A DNA stretch of 62,400 bases, from assembly GCA_032718475.1 (NCBI GenBank), contig JAUCBJ010003718.1, positions 1-62,400 on the forward strand, read 5' to 3'. Position 1 is the first letter of the stretch, and each line of letters begins with the position of its first letter. The notes beneath the pieces were generated by a model. It saw nothing but the letters and a program-made list of their open reading frames with translations. It did no database searches and was not told the origin of the DNA. The position numbers and the translations under genes are program-made. The stretch comes from Nemertoderma westbladi. Taxonomy: Eukaryota; Animalia; Xenacoelomorpha. This document shows positions 56,901 through 62,400 of this stretch, one piece after another.

Positions 56901-57971
56901 TGGTATCAAAATCTATAATGACATAACCGCCCTCTTTTCCTCAGGCACCAACATTTTGCTGCCTCCCAGTAATTTTTATTTGTATTATTTGTTTTCAATC
57001 TTATGTCTTGTTTTCATTAATTTTGTTTGTTATTCTCTGTATATTGATGCAAGTCATTCTTGGTTTGCATCTGTTCCAATCGCATCTGTTTCTTGGAGTC
57101 TGTGTGTTGCATGCTCGTTATGGCGGCGGCGACAGAATCTATATTATTGGACGTATCCAAATTGGATGTTGGACTGATCCAAGTTGGATGGGAGCATTTG
57201 TGGACATACTTTCTGCAAAATTTCGCTTCATTTCGTTTAGAATTGTAAGAGAAGATACATTTCCTACAAATAATCTTTTTTTTAACATACAATATATTGT
57301 GTACTTCGCTCAATGTTTCGTTTTGCGTTTTTCGTTATTAGGCTGCCCTGCATTGGCACGTAAATTATGACAACAACAATATTGATAGCAATGGCGTCCA
57401 TTATTGCCAGCTCTCGCTGGCAAGCTTGTATGTAATGTAATCCATTAACATTGTGTATTTATTAAATAGAACTACTGTACAAACGGGCCTAGCGCCTGGT
57501 CAACCAAATTCAACTAAAACTAAACTCATTACGGTCTTTTCGGCTCTGGACATGTTTCGTTTAGGTTTAGTCGCGATAGATATATTACAATACAATACTG
57601 TATGTTCCATGGTTTTGGCCAATACATGAGAACCAGGGGCGGATCCAGGGGGGCCTTCTGTGTTTTGTCGCTATTGCTGTATGGGGCCGTCCAAATATGA
57701 CGTCAGCACTTTAGGGGGGGGGGGGTGGGAAAATCTGCTGACGTGCTGATGAGGGGAGGGGAGGGGGGTCAGCCAAAATCTGACGTCAGCATGTTCATTT
57801 ATAGGTGCTAGAAGAGATATAGCAGAAGAGTAAATAGCTTTGCCTATTTTAATTGTTCGAAGTCCCCGAAGGCCCGTAGCCGACCTTCTGTTTCAGTTAC
57901 CAGAGGTTATAGTTTTATTTTTGCAATATACGAAAATAACACAGGTACGGATATAAATTATGACTCAATTA

Positions 57972-58206
57972 GGAGAGTATCTCAGCTTAAGGGGACTCAT
58001 CTCAGCCTAAGGGGAGTGTTCTCAGCCTAGGCTGAAATAACTGGGGAGTGTTCTCAGCCTAGGATGAGATAAATGGGGTGTTTTCTCAGCCTAGGCTGAG
58101 AGGACTAAAGAGTGTTCTCATCCTAGGCTGAGACGACTGAGGAGTGTTCTCAGCATAGGCTTAGATGACTGGGGAGTTAATTTCAAGAGGGAGTTATCTC
58201 AGCCTT
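57972..58206. repeat. 32-bp tandem repeat with palindromic core CTCAGCCTAGGCTGAG
   Basis: About 5 full units plus half units. Confidence 0.8.
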
Positions 58207-58952
58207 GTACACCGGACGCAAAAAGCAAATTGGGGTGTCGTTTCAGCCTTCACATAGGGTTAATGTTAAATTAATATTGAAAAATTTGTGCCTAGAAGTA
58301 AAAGTTTAACTGTAAACGGTGTTCCTAAATTTAGTTATTGTTTAGGTTAGAAAAGCCTGCCATTATAACCTGCTACTTTCCTTTAAAAAATACCTTAACT
58401 GGTGAATATCGAAATTAAATATTCGCGAAATTAAGTTAAATATGTTAAAATAGGCCCAAACGACACCCCAATTGGTACTGTAATAAACAGACCGGACCCC
58501 TGCCCAAACTATGGCTCATGACCCACATGGGGGGTAGAGACCATTGGGATATGTTCCTAACGAGGATGAGCATGTTTCTTTTATGTCTAGTCGAGATTTA
58601 TTGAGTGTATGAAAGGTCCTTCGTTTAAGATGTTGGATATTCTCCTATCGTATCGAATACATAATGGAGAAGTTTCGTTTTAGTCTACTGTACAGTCGAT
58701 AATTTAGAGTTGAAATAAGATTTGGTAGATATTTAAGTCCCGAAGGCCCTCATGCCTCTAAAATCTTATTTTATTTTATTTATGTTCCAATTAGGGTTAG
58801 AAGTAGGTTTTTTCGCAGTTTGGTTTTATAGAGTTTAAGATAGGCCTACCTTTTGTCTGGGGTTTCGAGTGCTGAGTCAAGAAGTAAACCCAGAAATAAC
58901 AGAATCACTGTAACCGTAACCATGGCGTAAGTCATGGCTACGTAAATGCCGT

Positions 58953-59181
58953 AACACGTTCGTGGGGCCTTCGCGCAGCACGAGGCCCAGTTATGATATA
59001 CAAATTAAAACTGAGCGACTGTATCACAAAATCAGTATTTGAGAAATTTCCCCACACCACCAATCAATTAAAGAAAGGGGTACAGTACGTATTCAGCCCT
59101 TTTAATCTGCACCCCCCCCCCCCCCCCCACCCTTCCCACCCGCCAATACATAACCGCGACATCTACCACCCATTGAAGGGT
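58953..59181 (-). repeat. Second copy of the dispersed repeat at 9671..9890
   Basis: Reverse-complement match. Confidence 0.8.
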
Positions 59182-59414
59182 ATTATAAGCCTCGTTGTGC
59201 TCGTCCTGTTTTGTATTTAAATATAATTCCTAAACGCAGATAGAAATGATTATATATACAATATATTACTTAAATTGAATAATATAGATAGCCAAAAAAA
59301 GAAATTAATTATACGATTAAAATAAATTATTGCATAAGAAGGGTTGTTGCGCGACAAAATTGTTGAGCAATTTAAAGCAATATAACAACTGAATAATGGG
59401 TAACAAGGTGCCCT

Positions 59415-60065
59415 GAATCGAGTAACGGGATGTGTTTTTTGTGTAAACACGAGGAAACGGTCGAAATTGGGGGTTTAAGTAAGCATGGGAAGCCAATTTT
59501 GAAAACTGGCTGTAATTGGCTGCTACATGTTTGACGTCACTACAAAGTGCTTTGATAATATATTATCTTGGTTTGTATGGACAGTGATTTTCAAACCATT
59601 CAAATAAATATTAAATCTCAATCATTTCACATGTGGCTTATTATATCTATTAAAAGTGGAGAATCTAGCGCGTCTTATGACCTACATTGACTAAATTAAT
59701 GACGAGGAACGTTGATAAAATGCTGTTTCCAACAGTATTTCCAGCAGCAATACAGCATTTTATCAATCTTCATCATCGATCATCATCATGCATTTAATTA
59801 ATTAATTGTTAATTAATCTTCACTTTCAATTGATACAAGCTACGTGTCAAATGATTGATATTAAATGTGTATAAATGAATCTAAGAAAAGATCTAAAATC
59901 ACCCTCCATTGAAAGCAATATAAGAAATTATCAGAGCACTGCGTAGTGACGTCAAATCTGTAGTTCTAATTACAGCCGATTTTCAAAATTGTATTTCCGG
60001 GCTTACTTAAACCCGCCATTTAGACTGTTACCTTGTGTTTTTATGTACAATACTCTCGTAACGCA
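59415..60065. mobile_element. Decayed foldback/MITE, long imperfect palindrome
   Basis: Arms GGGTTTAAGTAAGC..TTTGACGTCACTAC..TGATAAT versus ATTATCA..GTAGTGACGTCAAA..GCTTACTTAAACCC; central hairpin TTGATAAAATGCTGT..ACAGCATTTTATCAA. Ends are approximate. Confidence 0.65.
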
Positions 60066-61155
60066 TCAAAAGTAATCACTAACTTAATAACAATATACTT
60101 GAGTATTCCCCATTAATGATAGCAATTATTGTTACGTAACGTACAGTTGTTACAATAACTGCAATTCATTGGATAATAATTATATGAATTTCATTAATAT
60201 TCCTAAAAAATAAAATATTAAAGCTAATAGTTAAGCATTAAAAAGCGCATTTTAGGTTATGATACATGAGTAGTATATATTACTAGCCCCCGGCATCATG
60301 GTCACCCGTAGTCCATCATTACCATCCATTTCTGGTACTGCAGCCAATCAGAAGCCACCATTTCAACCTTTTACGGTGGTCGTTATTATTTCAACCAATC
60401 AGATGTCAGCATTTCATCCGTAACCATGGTAACTTCTCAAGTTCCCGCTTATTCCGCTAGAGGCGTTATTAGTCACCTAACGCTAGTACTGCATCCAATC
60501 ACCAACCTTTATTTTACGGGTGTTCGGGTGTCTACACTTAGCATCAGGTAACTTCTATTATTTTTCAAATCGCTATTTTTCACCAACCATTGCATATTCA
60601 TCTTCACATAGCCTAACCTCACAATGCATGGCTAGCCCCCATCCCATCGCTACTCAATCCACAGCTGTTACCCACCCACCAACCAACCAATCAACGGCGA
60701 TGTTTGCCTAACCCTACGGTTATTCACCTTTTCACCACGTTACCACCACTACCACGTTACCACCACTGTATACTGTATATGCTGACAACGTGGCCACCAA
60801 CTACTCGCATCGTGCATATATTATATTATATCGATTGCCAACTCCACGACTGCTGTTGCCAAATCAACAAACCAAGCAGTATGATACATGAGATTCCGTC
60901 ACGTTCTAGCTACGCGTATACGAGCATTAGTGATTATTACGCAATAATTTTTTTGTTTATACAGTAGTTACCCACCGGCTAATCAACCAATCAATAAACC
61001 GAATTTAGGCTATTTCTCAGTTTAAGACCTGTATTATTTTTGAAAATATCTTATATATATAATCTCTTGCTTTAATCGCAATTAATCATTTGTAATGGTT
61101 TTAGTTTAAAAGTTTTTACTTTGTTTGTTTGATTTACAATAAAATAAATTAAATA

Positions 61156-61602
61156 ATGTCTTCTGATTCCAATATGGTTATACCAATGGTAAGGCATTCA
61201 TTTTTTGCAGAAGATGGTCAAGCCTATATTGTTATTGATCATACAATTTACCGTCAGGGAGATGATAAATATAAAATTGAATTTTCTGAAAAAGCCAGGA
61301 AAGTTTTAAGCTCAATTGATATTGATGCTTCTGATAATAGTATTCATCTTTTAGATTACAACCTGAAAGCTGAGCATGGGGGAGGAAAATTAAGCAACAT
61401 TTTACTATTATCCATGATAGAGGGATTTATTGTTATTACACAATACAACGAAGCTGGTGAAAAGTTTGAAATACGGCTAAATCGGCATAGCCCCTACGAA
61501 ATTATGTCTTTCTTTATTGTAATGATTTCAAAAGAATCCTTTGTCGAACCTGAAGAATCAGTGGATAATGTTGAATATGTTGATAATATCATTGATTCTT
61601 GA
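61156..61602 (+). CDS. Polinton accessory protein, full-length homologue of 38298..38699
   Basis: Highly similar protein, 148 aa; TATA near 61056 and TCATT at 61086. Confidence 0.75.
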   Translation: MSSDSNMVIPMVRHSFFAEDGQAYIVIDHTIYRQGDDKYKIEFSEKARKVLSSIDIDASDNSIHLLDYNLKAEHGGGKLSNILLLSMIEGFIVITQYNEAGEKFEIRLNRHSPYEIMSFFIVMISKESFVEPEESVDNVEYVDNIIDS

Positions 61603-61767
61603 CTTTTCCCCCTATATTATAAATATTTTATGATTATATATAAAATTTTGTTGTTTTTAAATAATCGAAAATTGTAGTAGTATTTGTATATACAGTATAA
61701 CAGTTTTGTTTGTTGTTGTTGTTGTGTATTGTGGTAATTATTTTCAATTTACTTTAAAATTTGGAAA

Positions 61768-62220
61768 ATGGATATTTTAAATGAAAAATGTCCAGTTTGC
61801 TATTCTAAGTTATTGCAACAACATCGAGATTATTATAAATGTGAAAATAAACATGCAACTTGCGTACAATGTATTGCACAATATTCCGAAATGAATAATT
61901 ATTGTTCTAAAATTTGTCCTATTTGTCGCGCACCCATATCTAAGTTTAATATAAAGTTGGCAAGATACCAACCCTATTATTGGAAAGAGCTTCGCAATAT
62001 AACTTATATTTCTGCGAAAAGTAATGATCCGGGAGATTTATTTACAATATTGGAGAATATTTTTTATAGAAACGTAGTACGACGCTGTTGCTACTATATT
62101 CCTTATTTTTTTAGCAGCGAACATAAAAAAATCATTAGCGCGAAATTTTCGGGAAGTGATTTCCAATCCGCCGATGTTACCTATCATTATTTTGCGTATA
62201 AAGATGCTCACCATGCTTGA
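61768..62220 (+). CDS. C3HC4 RING-finger protein, homologue of 37637..38089
   Basis: RING motif ending CPICRAP; only a few substitutions versus copy 1. Confidence 0.8.
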   Translation: MDILNEKCPVCYSKLLQQHRDYYKCENKHATCVQCIAQYSEMNNYCSKICPICRAPISKFNIKLARYQPYYWKELRNITYISAKSNDPGDLFTILENIFYRNVVRRCCYYIPYFFSSEHKKIISAKFSGSDFQSADVTYHYFAYKDAHHA

Positions 62221-62400
62221 AATTACATCGGTCTATACTATAATTGGAAATAGCACCTTTTGCTGCAGCGAGCATCACATACTGTAGGGGCCTCATATGT
62301 TAATTAAATATACAGTACTCTAATATTGTAGTTGCATCAATTATTGTTATATACATAGTAATGGTGTTGGTTTATTGATATTGATATTGATATTATATTG

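Larger units (their letters stand above)
60269..62400. mobile_element. End of a second Polinton of the same family, inverted relative to the first; continues beyond the window
   Basis: AGTAGTATA terminus at 60269; collinear with the reverse complement of ~37450-39598; predicted TSD TACATG (60263-60268). Confidence 0.93.

Noticed and set aside
54500-57430. Possible decayed DNA-transposon coding region (Cys-containing ORF 57017-57313)
   Set aside because: Too degraded; no catalytic motif or paired ends could be established by eye.
9671-59181. One 49-kb element bounded by the inverted repeats at 9671-9890 and 58953-59181
   Set aside because: No TSD seen and the copies are diverged; two independent insertions of a dispersed repeat is the simpler explanation.

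Overview
AT-rich animal (invertebrate-like) genomic window with two intact, apparently intronless host genes: a TGF-beta/activin type I receptor (2826..4403, -) and ANKRD27/VARP (50560..53922, +). Nearly everything else is mobile DNA. The centre is a nested structure. A MULE-type MITE (19088..47010, 9-bp TSD) contains a young gag-only BEL/Pao-like LTR element (19746..46519, 563-bp LTRs, 5-bp TSD). That element contains a complete 17.9-kb Polinton/Maverick (adintovirus; 21692..39598, AGTAGT termini, 6-bp TSD) and a HINE-like insert. The Polinton has the full virion and replication set plus a TBP-like gene coupled to pPolB, a RING gene and a DEDD-like nuclease. The LTR element lacks a tRNA-type PBS and instead has a 9-nt site complementary to its own LTR, as in Tf1-style self-priming. 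Also present: a disabled CRE-clade retrotransposon with an 18-bp TSD and a long PTSP repeat, a CR1-like LINE, a DDX1 fragment, nested satellite-bearing MITEs, and the end of a second Polinton copy (60269 to window end). All family assignments come from motifs read by eye; no database searches were run.
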